Part shown: in pieces, positions 24,556 to 38,450 of the stretch
Numbering within the stretch: the first letter of the stretch is position 1
Layout: each line of letters starts with the position of its first letter
Source of the DNA: Antedon mediterranea
Taxonomy: Eukaryota > Animalia > Echinodermata
Direction: 5' to 3'
DNA length: 64,000 nucleotides
NCBI RefSeq assembly: GCF_964355755.1
Contig: NC_092675.1
Location: 25,206,912-25,270,911, forward strand
Notes under the pieces: model-generated
Told to the model about the DNA's origin: nothing
The model's input: only the letters and a program-made list of their open reading frames with translations
The model's database searches: none
Translations under genes and position numbers: made by a program

Positions 24556-25022
24556 AAAAACCAAACAAGATTAAAACCTAAGATTACTATTTTTAGCCTT
24601 TGGTGTGGCTTGAGTGTGAATATTCTATGATATGGATTGAATCTCTTGGACTGTATTTTCACAGTTTAAGCATTGGTAGCCTGGTTGGAGTTTACATGTC
24701 TAGATTTGGTTTCACATTCCTCTCTCCAGGTTTATTTTTTCCAGACAGAATTCTACTGAGTGAATATCAGTAGGCAACATCTTGCATACTATATTACAGA
24801 CATCCTATATAAAGGCTCCTAAGAATGGAATTGGTTTGCTCGATATTTTTAGTGATCTCCTGTTTCCCACTAAAGGTGCAATTTATCCCAATTTGGATAA
24901 AAAAAATACATCTTGATGGTGCATACATTTTGGCAACGCATTTTCAACATCAACATTTACCCACCCAGTGCATATCATCATTTACACACATTTGAAAATG
25001 TTTACTTTACCCATTACTCTTA

Positions 25023-25147
25023 AGTTCTGTCTACACTATCAAACTTTATGTAACAAAAAAATGTAATGTGCCCATATATGGACACGATGATGTCATATCA
25101 CTACCATATTTGGGCGCATAACACTTTTTGATAGTGTAGACGGAGCT
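25023..25147. mobile_element. PIF/Harbinger MITE, copy 2
   Basis: Same TIR and internal gatgatgtcatatcactacc as 10300-10450. Confidence 0.8.
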
Positions 25148-28100
25148 TATGTTACCTATTTACCTTAGAACAAAGAGTTAGGATAAGGTTTTTACAGTGA
25201 ACTTTCATAGTATTCATTCATTACACAGTAAATTTCTTCGCCCATCTCCTTTCCAATCCTTTCATCATCCTACCTCTGTCCTTTGAATTCAACTGTATCA
25301 GCCTTTTTTTAAAAAATCAAATCATAAAATATAACTTTAAATTTACATTCTGTCTAATATTACTCACTAATTTCTCAAGGTCATAAATCATCATTTATAA
25401 ATATTAGTAAAAAGTAGCAACAAAATATTAGTTTAAGGTTGGCAGGAAATTAAACAGTTTTGAAGGAAATTGGTAATTTACACAGTTGCTCGGTGGAATA
25501 CTGGTCCATGTTGTAGGTAGTGGTCGTCTGTATGTAAACAAGATATTATAGGATGAACATTTGAAGTACCACTAATCAACATTAAAGGACGTCTCTTGAA
25601 TATACTATTTCAGCCTGTAAATGGGTTCATCAAACCAATGAGAAAACAACCCAATAGTCACTTATGTGTTTGTTAGTATATTACGTTCTGTGTTTTGCTT
25701 CTGCATTAGTTATGGATGAATGCTAAATAGATATTTATGCACCCGTAGCCAAAGTTGTAAAACAAATAAATAACATTAAAAAAATAACACCAAATTGGAA
25801 AAATGCTTAAGGTATAAAGAACCTTCAAATACAGAGCAACAAAAGAATGGAATCTTTTAGTTACCAACTGAAACTAGAACAAAAGTAGCTGGGAACAATA
25901 TTTATAAACTCAAAAATATAGCAACTTTAATGTCATCTTAGTGATCCTACATTTTATTTGTTTTTTACTGTTCTGTATATATTTTTTAAATTAGGCCTAC
26001 TATGCTTTTATCTTTCTGTGTTTTTATATGTTATAAATTTTCTTTACTTTTAAACTTGTAACTGGACCATTTTGGAAAGCAGTACTGCGTTACCGAAAAT
26101 GCAATCCAGTCAAAAGAAAGAATAAATAAAATAAATAAATATCCACACAGACATGCACTGCAGCCATTTCAACCATATTACATTGTCGGTTTGTATTGAC
26201 TGTTGTACTATGAGGATGCCATCAAATAAACAGAACCCTTCACTAGCACCTCAGTGTCATCACCATAGATAGTCAAGTGCCCTTATTGATGTTTCCAAAT
26301 CCGATGATTCTGTTTAACAGTTTCTGAAGGATATTCTTGTCTTACAAAAATTCATCACTGACATAGCAATTTATATCCTAATAGTTTCACGAAGAAAAAT
26401 GAAAATAATTAATTTTCAGTTAAATTCAAGTGTTGCTGGTATTTTTTATCAAGTGTAGGTGTTAATGTCTTCCTACGTAACACATGCAAAAATGAATATT
26501 AATTGCACAGATGCATAATGCTAAAAAGAATACAGTTACAATAATGATCATAAGTTATTGTTGAAACTATAAAAGAGCTTCAATTATTGTTGTGTGTTTA
26601 GCATAACAAAAATAACATAACATTAACAATAAGCGAGCTTACAGCACAAATTCAACACACCTTGAATTTTCTTCATCAGAAGTATCCTATTAGGATTGGT
26701 GACCTTCTGATGATATTTTTTATACCAGTAGGTATGAACAGAAAGACTTTAAGGAAGGAACTGTTTCCACTATAAGTAAATAACCCAGTGCATAAATAAA
26801 TTATACTCCCAATTTCTTGACATACTGTAGTATCATAAAGGTGGTAATACCGGTAGTATACATTTTAAATTATTTGTCGGTATTAAACTGTAAAAACTAA
26901 TTTCTTTTTTACTGTAGTGTATAAATTTTGCTTCACTCTCTGTATAACAGACTAATATTGATTTTATTGATTATGACAAGTAAAGCCCTGTTCAAGTCAA
27001 TCAAATGACTTCCCTTATTGGCTGCATAATTCCACCAATGCCACGCCTTCATTAGCTTGATGTCACTTCACACTAATTTATAATAAAATATTATATTTTT
27101 CACTGAAAATAATTTTATATTCTTGCAAATAAAGATATTGCTCAAAATGTTGATTTTTTTCAATGGATTGATAGATTAGTGTTTTCCCCAGATTTGTTTC
27201 TCTGCCAATATTCTTTACTCTGTATGCTAACATAGACATGCTTAATGTATAGGTTATTGAATGATGATCCTAATGGATAATTGTTCGCAATAGTTAATTG
27301 CTAATCTTTCCATCATGTCTGCCGCCATTTTCAGTATCATTGTTACCATTTTCACTTCCTGTCATTTTTTTTCAACAGAATTGTTCTAAATTGAAATAGC
27401 TGATAGTATTTCTGAGTTGTCAGTACAATTTTTAATTGAACCGAGTGCTTTTCATGAAATAATTAATTTAATATCTTGCTATTATCATTGATTTGAACTT
27501 ATTGGCTTTTTTTTTTGGCATACAATGATCCGAGTTGGCAAGCTGTGTTGGATCAATGTTCTGTTATTGTTTTATTTTATTTATATCTATTTTGTCTTCA
27601 AGTTGGTCATTTTCATTGGCTAGTACTTAATAAACTCTATTTAGGGAAAACATTTTATAAATAATAAAATATCCTGTTTTTATTGGTCACCAATCACCCT
27701 GACACAATTTTTAGACCTAATAATAAAGATAGGAGCCTCGACAAAAGTAAAATATGGTATTGTCATGCCTTATTGCTCCTCTAATTAAATAAAATGACAA
27801 GGAGGGCATTCTAATTTCCATATTTAATTTAAATTTAATCAAAGTAGTAACTATGCCAAGTTTAGTTTCTGACATGGGGTACAGTTTTAATAGTGATTAT
27901 GGAATTTGATTCCAAAATGTGTTTTGGTTCGAACTTTTTTCATGAACCGGATGAAGTAACTAATACTTTTTATGTGATAATCAGAAAACGATTTAAATGA
28001 ATGAAAATATGAAATGAAAATGTTAATTAATTTAAATACAGAATGTTGATTAATATCATTAACTAGATGCGATGGATATTTGATTTGACTTGGATTTGGA

Positions 28101-28782
28101 TTTTGTACAATTTATTATATATTTTGACTGAGTTTTGGGATTAGTATTGAACATTCTGAGTACTCATTAAAAGCTCAAAACACAAAATTAATGCATTTAT
28201 GAAAATGATGAAAGCTATTTTCATTTAGATTTTTTATTATCGCGATTATTTTATTTTTTTCACAAATGCAATAAAATATTTCTAGTTGAGAGTTTGAAAT
28301 GTTACTACACTAGTAAATATGGTTTAATACAAGCAGGTTCATCATTCACCATTAACTTGACCTCATACTATTCCGGACTTATCATTCCACATAACATTAT
28401 TTCCAGGATTTTGTTGACATTCATCTTGTAAAATATGATGACACTTAGAAGTAGCTTTAAAATATTACGTACATCGATACCTTAAGTAAGATTCTGACGT
28501 CGTGTAAAATTATGTACTAAACTTGAAATAGATGTATCTTATGCCAGGTGATACTGACAGTTATTTTACCTTGCAATTTTCAGTCATATTAATCAGCTTT
28601 TTGATTTCAATATTCAGTTTAACATTCATTGTGTGTGTTCATATAGTAGGTATTGAGTTTGAGTAAAGTTGTCGAGCAGTTGAAACGGGTGCTGCAAATC
28701 ATTAGTCATACAAACGGCACAGGTTTAAGGTTCTCCTCGGCCATGATTATGCTGGTAAAACAAGTCTTCTCTGATAGGACGA

Positions 28783-28813
28783 ATTAATTAATTAATTAAT
28801 TAATTAATTAATT
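28783..28813. repeat. (TAAT)n microsatellite
   Basis: About 7 perfect TAAT units, probably a retroposon tail. Confidence 0.8.
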
Positions 28814-31800
28814 TGTATCATTGTTTGTATTACTTAACATAACAATGTATTGGTTTTTACATTTACAATTAAAAAAATCATTAAAATTATATAGTAATAT
28901 AAGTAAATTTATTTTATTGGTCAACCACTTTAAAATGACCTGGATGATTTTAATATAGCAAATCCCAAAGCAGGATTAGTTTTAAGGCTTATTTGAATTG
29001 TGGGTTGTATATGTTTATCCTTGAACTTAGACAATTATATATAATATTCCTTGATATTGATGATGTGTTAACTTTATGAAATAATCATTAGGAAATTTGT
29101 AGGAAGCAAATAAATGAAAATTGTATTAAATTTATGAATTAATCATCCTTAATGCTTATCTATTTTGTGGGTTGAGGAATAATGTCTACTAGTTAAGTAC
29201 TACTAAACCAAATCTGAAAATTTAATAAACGTTTTTTTTATACATCCTGTTGTTTTATTTTATTCAAACAAAATGTTGGTGGTTGGAGGACAAGAGGTAC
29301 AGTAGAATTCATAGTATTATTGAATTTCTGAATGTTTATTAAAATATTTTATTAAAAATGTAATCCTTTATTGAGGAATGTACTATTGTCTGATGTGTAT
29401 TCCATGAATATGTATTCCGGTTGTACTGTAGCACCATTCTCAAAGAGAAATAGGCCAATTAAATGTTGGTTTATTCTGGTAAGCAGCACTCATTAACTAC
29501 CAAGACTACTTCTGGTTTGTGTATTTTTAATAAAACCCTGAACTAGTATAAATTAACTAGAAAGGTTTATCAACTGTTTTGTTTATCAATATTTACAGAA
29601 ATGGTTGCCCACTTTATGTCGTTCAAATGTATAACATACTTCACACGCAGATTACATCTATTAATCATTTTTGCACTAATAAATTTGGTGACAATAACCA
29701 TTTATTCTAATTAGGGTACAATATTTTAGGAGGAAAAAAAAAGAGACCTTGGACTGCCAATAACATAGTTAGCTGATGCCTTCAATTGATATCGATAAAC
29801 AATAACGGACCATATTATCTGCAATGAAATGTTTGTAGCTAAAATATGATTTCAATGATGATAGATGAATATTTATTATGATTTATTAAACACAGAAGGT
29901 ATCTTACCAACATTGAATGATATTTTCCAGATAGCTAGATAAAAAGTTGAAAAGTTTACTTCCTTTTATTGTGAATATCTTATAGCTCAACTTTTTTGTG
30001 CAGCGTCTTGGGATTTGACATTTTGGAACATTGAAATTAAATAACAACTGTGTGCCAAGTTGTATTTTACCCATTTAAATGTTCAATTAGAGTAAAATTC
30101 TTTTTTAAAACCATAATTGACAGCATGCATGCGAGTGTCACCTAGATTGACTAGTTCCAACAAAGGAATTTTTTTTTATATTGAAATTAATTTAATCGGT
30201 TATAAACCATTTACCAAGGAATTTATTTATAACGTATTGTGGTTGATTTTGCTTTTATTTTTTATTATTTACATGCAAACAGAAAATCATTACTACCTAG
30301 TGAATATGCAAACTCATGCAAAAATAACAAGATTAGATGTTTGTAAAATTTGAAAATGAATAAAGTAGAACTTCTACCTTGGGAGGGGACACTGTGAAAC
30401 TATAGCGAATATGTTTTAACACCACAGCCAACCCTATTTAAGGGACATCCCTTTTAAGGGGATATTTACTAGGGGCTCTATTGTGTACTGTGGTATTATA
30501 AAACAAAATAAAAGACTATGTTTCTCCTGATTGATTGATTACCTGAGTTATTTCCTTTAAATTAAAAAAAAAATGTTATCAGGAAGAATGATGAGGACTT
30601 AAATACTATTTTTTAACTAATCATATTCATATAAGGTGTTAAGAATAAAATATTAATGTATTATTAATACTTTAACAAAAATGAATAGCTTCATCCATTT
30701 TTATAATAACAAATATTATTTAATCTCCACATTTTTTTTGCAATTATTTTTTCTTTTTTAACAAGATTTCCGGCTGTCTGTTACTCTACCAAAATAGATT
30801 AATTTTGACCTATTTGATTAACACTTCAGTTCTAGGTTATTTAATAAAATCTACATTAATTGGGAATTATGCATGCAGGATTATTAATAATAATATGAAA
30901 TGCTATATTTGTATTAAACATTATAGATTATAATAATTTGACATACTTTGGTGTTTCATCGTTTACGTTATAGGGACTGCTGATGAAAATAACAGCAATT
31001 TTATAAAAGATTATTCTGGGCAATTGAACAATTTAAATCAATCGCTGTTTTTAATATGAAAGAATGTCATGACAATTTCTTAAAGAATATGTTTGTATGA
31101 TTAAGTTTAGTATTATGTTTTTGTACTTTTGTACTTTGTACACTATTATTATTAGTTTTTCATTCACAATTATTAATTATTTATAATCATAGGGCTTTAG
31201 AAAGAATGAAAATAAAATAGAAAGCGTCTAGTGGTCTTGTTTGGCAGAATTCTTTATTATTAAAAATGACATATTTGAAATGAATTCAAGATGTTCAATA
31301 AAACAATTTTATATTCAGTCATACATAGTGATACTGATAGATCATCTTCTGCTAAAAGTATTCTAACTATCATTCTTTAATAAACCATTTTCTCATTACT
31401 GTATTAAGAGTTCTTGTGTAATTGGCATGGGGAAAAAACATAACACCAAATTTTCCTCTACTCTAGTTTAAATTGTTCGTTACTATGTAGAATGTAATCA
31501 TAGATTGACATAATGTATCGATTAAAACCTAATGTAGTATCATCTACATTAACATGAGTCTCTCAGAAGTAGAAACTGGACAGACTGGACTTAACTGCAT
31601 GAAGTAGAAACTGGACTACTGTACTTTTAAGATTATTTTTTGAAAGGAACTGAACCTACAGTAGAGCCTATTTTAGTAAATGGTCAGTCGAGATTTTAAT
31701 CGTCTACACCTAAAAAATGTTTCACAGATCAATCATGGTGGCTAAAATCAAGTATAGTATTATAGTATTGCATGCTAGTGATGAAAATTGAACATGGACT

Positions 31801-31982
31801 GGTCAGTATATATAAATTATTTAACCTTGTCAGGACTACCTTAATATATAAAGGGAACTGGGGTTCAAGTCATAGTTGATTGGTTGACAACGTTAAACAG
31901 ATTTACGTGCACATGAGTCAAATTATAAGGAAATAGAAATTTATTGAAGATGTTCAGCAGAATTATTGAAGATGCACTCTTA

Positions 31983-32863
31983 GGGCCTGTTTCTGCTGAG
32001 CAGAAATAATCGATTATTAACCGTTTATTTTTTTAATCGATTATTTTTGGGCAGCAGAAACGGCGCAAAATAAAATAACCGATTAAAAATAACCGATTAA
32101 AAACACTCAATCCATTGCGTGTTTTAATCGATTATTTCTTGTTTTAACCGATTATTGCGGAGCAGTTTTGAGCTGCAACACAAATAGCGATTATTGACCT
32201 CACTTTGACCTCTAGAGTATGACAAACTTATTCACGTCACAAAGCATGCTGTTTATTTGCGCGATATCGACGACGACGATCAGCAAAACCACGATCGCGA
32301 TGTAGACCGAATAACAATCAAATGTTAAACATTTGATTTTTATTATTTTGTGGGGAAGAATTATACCGAGAGACTCCAGGATTCTGTGTTACAATACACC
32401 CGTTACATACCACCAGTCCAGGCTAACGATGTTTTACATGTCATTTTTTAGGCCTGTTTGTTGACTTGTTTCGGTAGAACCAACCGAAGGTAGAACCAAC
32501 GAACGGCGAAACAAACTTTTTTCGCCGACGTGTCCTTATTAATATAACATCATTATTCTGTTGTATGTGGTACGGTAGTAGGCCTAGATGTTTATTTTAA
32601 AAATAATATAGCTTTACGTAAGAGTAATTTTTAATCCTACATGTGAGAGTTTTAGGCAGCGATAGGGTATAAACAAACCAACTCTCATCGGCCTTTCATA
32701 ACTTGAACTGCGCTGTGGGAGAATGATGACGTAATTTTAAAAACCGATTACCTGAATAACCGATTACAGTCGTAGCAATTTTCAATTGCAACGCGATTAT
32801 TTTTGTGGTTTGCGGTGACTGGAAAAAATCGATTATTTTCATTTTTTCAGCAGAAACAGACCC
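31983..32863. mobile_element. Non-autonomous PIF/Harbinger DNA transposon (881 bp)
   Basis: TIR GGGCCTGTTTCTGCTGA...TCAGCAGAAACAGACCC, direct TTA TSD, many subterminal AAYCGATTA motifs. Confidence 0.88.
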
Positions 32864-34413
32864 TTAGGAATTAGTGGAGTTATGCATGTTGAAATTCCTA
32901 TACTAGCCTACATTTTACTACTAGATGGGTTTATAGAGTAGAAGTGAACCATGAATAGTTTATAGTTCGATCTCGATGTAAATAGTAGTTTGTAACATAT
33001 TGAATTTGGTAATGTTGTCTTTACCATAAGGACTTTTACATAAAAAAGATCCTTAATGTATGCAATATGTCTGATGCTTGTCAATTTTTATGCAATGTGT
33101 GAAAATTGCAGGAAAAACATTTTCTTAAAATTAATATTAAAGGTTTCAACATTTTAGAAGTAAGTCCCTGTAAAGCATAGTTTTCTGTACTGTATAACTA
33201 GATGGATAACTAACTTGATGATACTGTAAGCAATGATTTGATGAGCTGTGTTAATGATGTAATTAGTAAACACCAGTCATTCTCAGGAGAAATCTATATT
33301 CGTCATCCTTTTAACCGCAAAAATCTTCAAATATTATTTGTTTATCCATTTAATCCACCATACCACGCAATGGATAATATTACCAACAACACTTTATCAT
33401 TATCCATTCATTTTTTAACTCATATTCAGTCATTGCAAAATTGTTTTATGTTTGTAAAGATAGAATATCTCACATGCATTTCAACCAAACTGTGTATTTG
33501 AAATAAAATTGAATTGGTTTTAAAAACACCTCAATACAAATAGGCTAGTGTTTTTGGACTAAAAGCATGAAATTAAATAGTTGTAAGTAAGCTTCCTGAA
33601 AACACCAATATTTCTTTGGAGCAAGTGCGCTATATAAATTAATATATTTTGGAAACTAAATTCAGTCAAATTTAAAGCTTAGTAGCATGTGTAAGTAAAA
33701 TAATTCAGAAAGACTTATTACTATGTTATTGAAATGTGGCTATTCCTATGTATAGAACCAAAACGCCTATTATTCAAAAGTTGGGTACCCTAACCAGAAA
33801 ATCATAATTCCCATTAGTTTATATTTTTGAGACAGCTGAAGTCGATTATAAATGCGAGTATTAAACTGTCATATTTAATAACAGTATAACAATATTTATG
33901 CCCTACATATCTTTCAAATTGCTTTCAAAACAACTTGCAACATCCTGGGCCGATTAAGATATTAATGCGAGCGTGTGCGTGAACGTGCGATCACACTGCT
34001 CATCTAAGCATGGCATTTTGTTTTGATTGACAAGGTCCCCTTCCTGCTGTATTTTGGGTACTATTGGTGCAACTGGTGTGAATGGTCACTGGAGGATTGT
34101 ACAAAATTTGCCTCTTCACTTTTTGACATGGTATTGACCATTATAATGATAGATTCTGGATAACATTTTGGAACAAAAAAATGTGCTATTTATCAAAAAA
34201 GGTGCTTATTATTGGTTATTACTGTATATGTATTCATTATTTTGTTTAAAATATTGGTATTCTTATATTTACTTGCACTGTATTTCGTTCTACTATATGA
34301 ATATATGTAAAGCTATTCTGTCATTTGAATGACAGTAATCTTTTTTTAGTATATCTTAATCTATATGTCATCACTCACAAAGATTATTTTGATATTTAAA
34401 AAATAAAAGTTTA

Positions 34414-35231
34414 CCGTATATTTCGGTGTATAAGTCGCACCTGTGTATAAGACGCACCCCCAACTGAGAGTAAAATATCGGTATTTTTTATATCGTCGAT
34501 GTATAAGACGCACCTTATATTTAATCAAAACAATGTTTTTTTAAATTGTAATCAATATTATTGTAATAATATATTTTGTTATATCTACAACGGCGTCCTT
34601 TATTTAGGTTTTTTCTTACCTAGGCTCGGCCGCGCCCAGCCTCAACAAGTTCTTTCTAACTTGTTATTCATGAGTTTCGCCGCAACATCGAGTGCATGAC
34701 CGTGTGTGTAACACGCACGTGTGTGGGCTAGCATCGCTCGATCATTTCGAGAGGGCGCACGTTTTCATGGACAATCGTATTCGATTAGTATCTATGTATC
34801 CGAGAAGTGTGTACGCTAGGTCCATGCTATAATCACCTGGAGAATATACTAGTCGAATACTGTACACCATGTGGCCACCAAAAGAAGGGCTTGCGCTTGG
34901 GGTACGGCGATCGTGCGTATAACTACTGTATAAATAAATACTATTCCAATCGTACGACGTAAACGTTTACAAATGAAATTTTATCGGAGCGCCATAATGA
35001 ACAAATCTTTTCATCATATTTAGTATAACATCATGCTGAAATGACTTGAAAACTAGGCAGAAGCAGGTTGCCGTTACGTTAGTTAGTTACTGTAGCTAGG
35101 CCTAGCCTACTCAGGCCTAGCAAACGAGGTGACGATAGCCTAGGCATTTATGTTCGGTGTATAAGACGCACCCTTAATTTAGAGGTCAAATTTGCGTGTC
35201 AAAAGTGCGACTTATACACCAAAATATACGG
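34414..35231. mobile_element. Non-autonomous Tc1/mariner (pogo/Tigger-like) element (818 bp)
   Basis: TIR CCGTATATTTCGGTGTATAAGTCGCAC...GTGCGACTTATACACCAAAATATACGG, TA TSD, internal GTATAAGACGCACC repeats. Confidence 0.9.
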
Positions 35232-38200
35232 TATTTGTGGTAATACCATGTTTGCGTTTGCATTGTAGGTGAATTAAAAATAGAAACAAATAAATTGTAT
35301 TAAAGAACTTGGTTTATGACGGCCATCCTGCTTTATGTTTGTGACACTAATGTCATTGTGGTCGCAAATGCGTATGTTTTATTTAAAAACATACAGTATA
35401 AATTTCACTGATTTGTATTTCGTATTATTTCTTTAAGCTTCTTTCGTCGCCCCTGATTTAAAGCATAGTTTATAATACAGTACCAATTACAGCAAGCTCA
35501 CATTCTCTTATTCTTCCCATACATTAGTACAAATTGAAAGTAATATTAAGGAACTGCAGACCGACAAATTGTACAGGGATATGCAAATAAGGAATTTTAA
35601 ATTGACCCACGTACTATGACCCCTCGGAGGAATAGTCATTTGCAAATGAGCACATTAAAAGTTTATTTACATTGCTTGTAACATCACTGTGTTTAATTTC
35701 ACATATTAACAATGGGATGCTATAAGTCAGCATTTGATTTATAGTTTTGCAATCTCTTGCATACAGATTGTAGAATAATTATTAGTAATATCAGTACTAT
35801 ATTTTCACGTTAATATAAACCATAATTGAAATGCATTGATTCCTAAAAAAACATTCTTTTCTCAGGTCTTGTAATAGGTTATTAAAAAGAGCTTTTCTAG
35901 TCAATTTGATTATAATTACTGTTTTCATTTCTCAAAGGTTCATATGGCTAATGAGAAAAGATGAATTATTAATGAGTATTAATTTTAATCAGATCACAAA
36001 CAAAAAATATATTATAATGCATGCAAAATTGATAGGAATATACAAAATATGTATTCTCAAAAGTGGTTTTTCATTAGTGTGTTTCCAGCACAAATTTATA
36101 GTATTTTTTGGGGGGTCGGGTTTACCATCTCTATCTTATGGATGTTTATAAAAAGTTCAATATTGTACAAAATTCAAGCATGCAAGCCTTTTGTGACTTA
36201 ACTAGATTAAATAGCTCTTTTTTTGTTTGCATCAAACAACAACAATCTTGCCAAATTTACAAGATGGATAAACTGTTGTCATGTCATAAACTCTGTAGAA
36301 TAGACAATGTAGTTGTGAGTTACTCTGACTCGGTCAGGATTGAACCCTGGACCTTGGGATGGAAAAATTAAATTAATTATTTTGTCAAGCACGCTCTTGC
36401 TTGAAATTTGTCTTGTCACAAAAAAACATGATAAAATGGGTAAAATACAGAAAGTACGACACCAAAAGTAAAATACAAATGCAACAAATAACAAAATTGC
36501 ATTAAAATATTAAAATATGGAAAGTAAAAACTCCATATTAAAGGTTTTACAGTACCTAATTTTCTATTTTGTTCTACTAACATAGCAAAAATCGTTATTT
36601 TCGTTGATGGATCAGATGAAGTTTTTCAATATTGTTCATCATTATGAAGTTAACAGTTGGTTTTATTATGTAGAAATCTCATGGTTTTATGTAACACGTT
36701 ATGATATTATAAATTGCACTGCAACAGCAGCAAAACAGTCTATTGATAATGATAACATTGGACCTTGATTAATTCATTGTCACATTGCAATGTTTATTGA
36801 TAGTTAGCTGAACCTTGCCTATTTCATTGTCTTTATCAATCAGAAGTTCAACTTCATTTAATCCAGCCTTGGAAATTGTTTGTATTTGTAGCATTTATCA
36901 TCATTCCATACAAACTAGGATGTAATGTTCAAAGTAAGGCAAGCTTTATTTTCTATATGTACACTTATTTTTGCACCTACAGTAATTTCAACTACGCAGT
37001 AAAAATGCTTAAACATTTAATGTATTGTGTTTATCAGGAGGGGTGACAGCAACTTGTTTCAGTCTTTATGTCATCCCATACCAAATTATACTTTTTTTAA
37101 ATTTTATTTGTTCAGTAAATTTACATGTGTTGATGTTTGATTTTGGTCAAAATAAATGATGAATTGAATTGAATTCAAATGATTACTTCCCATTCATTTT
37201 TGTCAACCACTCTTTAATAATGTATCTGTTTTAATGTACAGTAGTATGCACCCTTTTATAATTATGATTATGTTACTTTTATGCACAATAAAACTGATGA
37301 TATAGGAATAGCGTGCAAAACTAACGGTTTACAACTTGTATACCGGTAATTTAATAAATAACTTGTTTGGAAAAATGATCACATGATAAATTTGTAATAT
37401 TAAGTTTTTTGTTATTTTATTTATTATTTTGTTATGGAGGCATTGAGTTTGAAGTAATGTGTTTGTCAGGAATACTGCTGAAGCTTGACGGACACGACCC
37501 TGCTCTGTCATTTGTGATAATCGATGTCTTTTGCTAAATTATTGCATACTTTCTGGCCCTATGCAATTAGCTCTAAAGCATAACATTTAATTCAGAAATA
37601 TGTCAAATGCAATGAGTATCTGAACAAGTACAGTAGGAATTTAGAGAATCATTTCCTTAATTATGAATGTCGCCCTCAATAGTCGTCCTAAGTTGATAGT
37701 TCAATAAACAATACCATGTTATTTAATAGTGGAGTAATCATTGAATAATTGAAATCACTAAATATCCTCACTAAAATATATTCTTAAAACAGTACCAGTG
37801 GCCATGTTGAATCCTTGAATATGAATATGAATAAATAGATAATTATGCGTACGAACATGGTCACATACAGTTAATTTGGTGGCCGCTTGGGTGAGGCCTA
37901 TTCATTAATCTTTTATTGTAGTCTCTTCTGTGGCAGTTGCTTCCATTACTTGCTGATAAAATCTCTAATTTCATTTAGCTATCATCTGTTTAGTCATCGT
38001 CTGTTTCTTCTATGTGAGTAAAGTGTCCAGTAAGTGGACGCCTTACTTACATACCTGTATTTAATTTTCTATGTCAATGTCTATTCATGGACCTAAAGTA
38101 TAAATTTATAGGTCCATGGATTATGTTTTACTTCTTTTTACTCTTGTTTACTTTATGTAATGACATTAGACAATGTAATGTTTGTATAGCTTAAAGTTGA

Positions 38201-38402
38201 ATTGAATAGCTTTGCAATATCTACAGTACTTGATTGAATGATACCCCATACCTATCAAAACATAAAGCTTACTGACAAGACTTATGACCATAGCATCATT
38301 GGCAACAAGCTTGAGAAATTCAGGTGTTTAAATGTCAACATAAATTCTTGTTTGTTCTGCTCAAGTGATGAAAGTAAGCACTTTAAACGAGGAATATTTT
38401 CT

Positions 38403-38450
38403 ATGTTCGAGTCGTCGTCGTTGCGACTAGAATTTATGGAACATTTACAG
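38403..38450 (+). CDS. MAST: Candidate alternative first coding exon of MAST (MFESSSLRLEFMEHLQ)
   Basis: Donor CAG|GTAATT, phase 0; CpG-rich codons; the frame is open back to an ATG at 38238. Confidence 0.45.
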
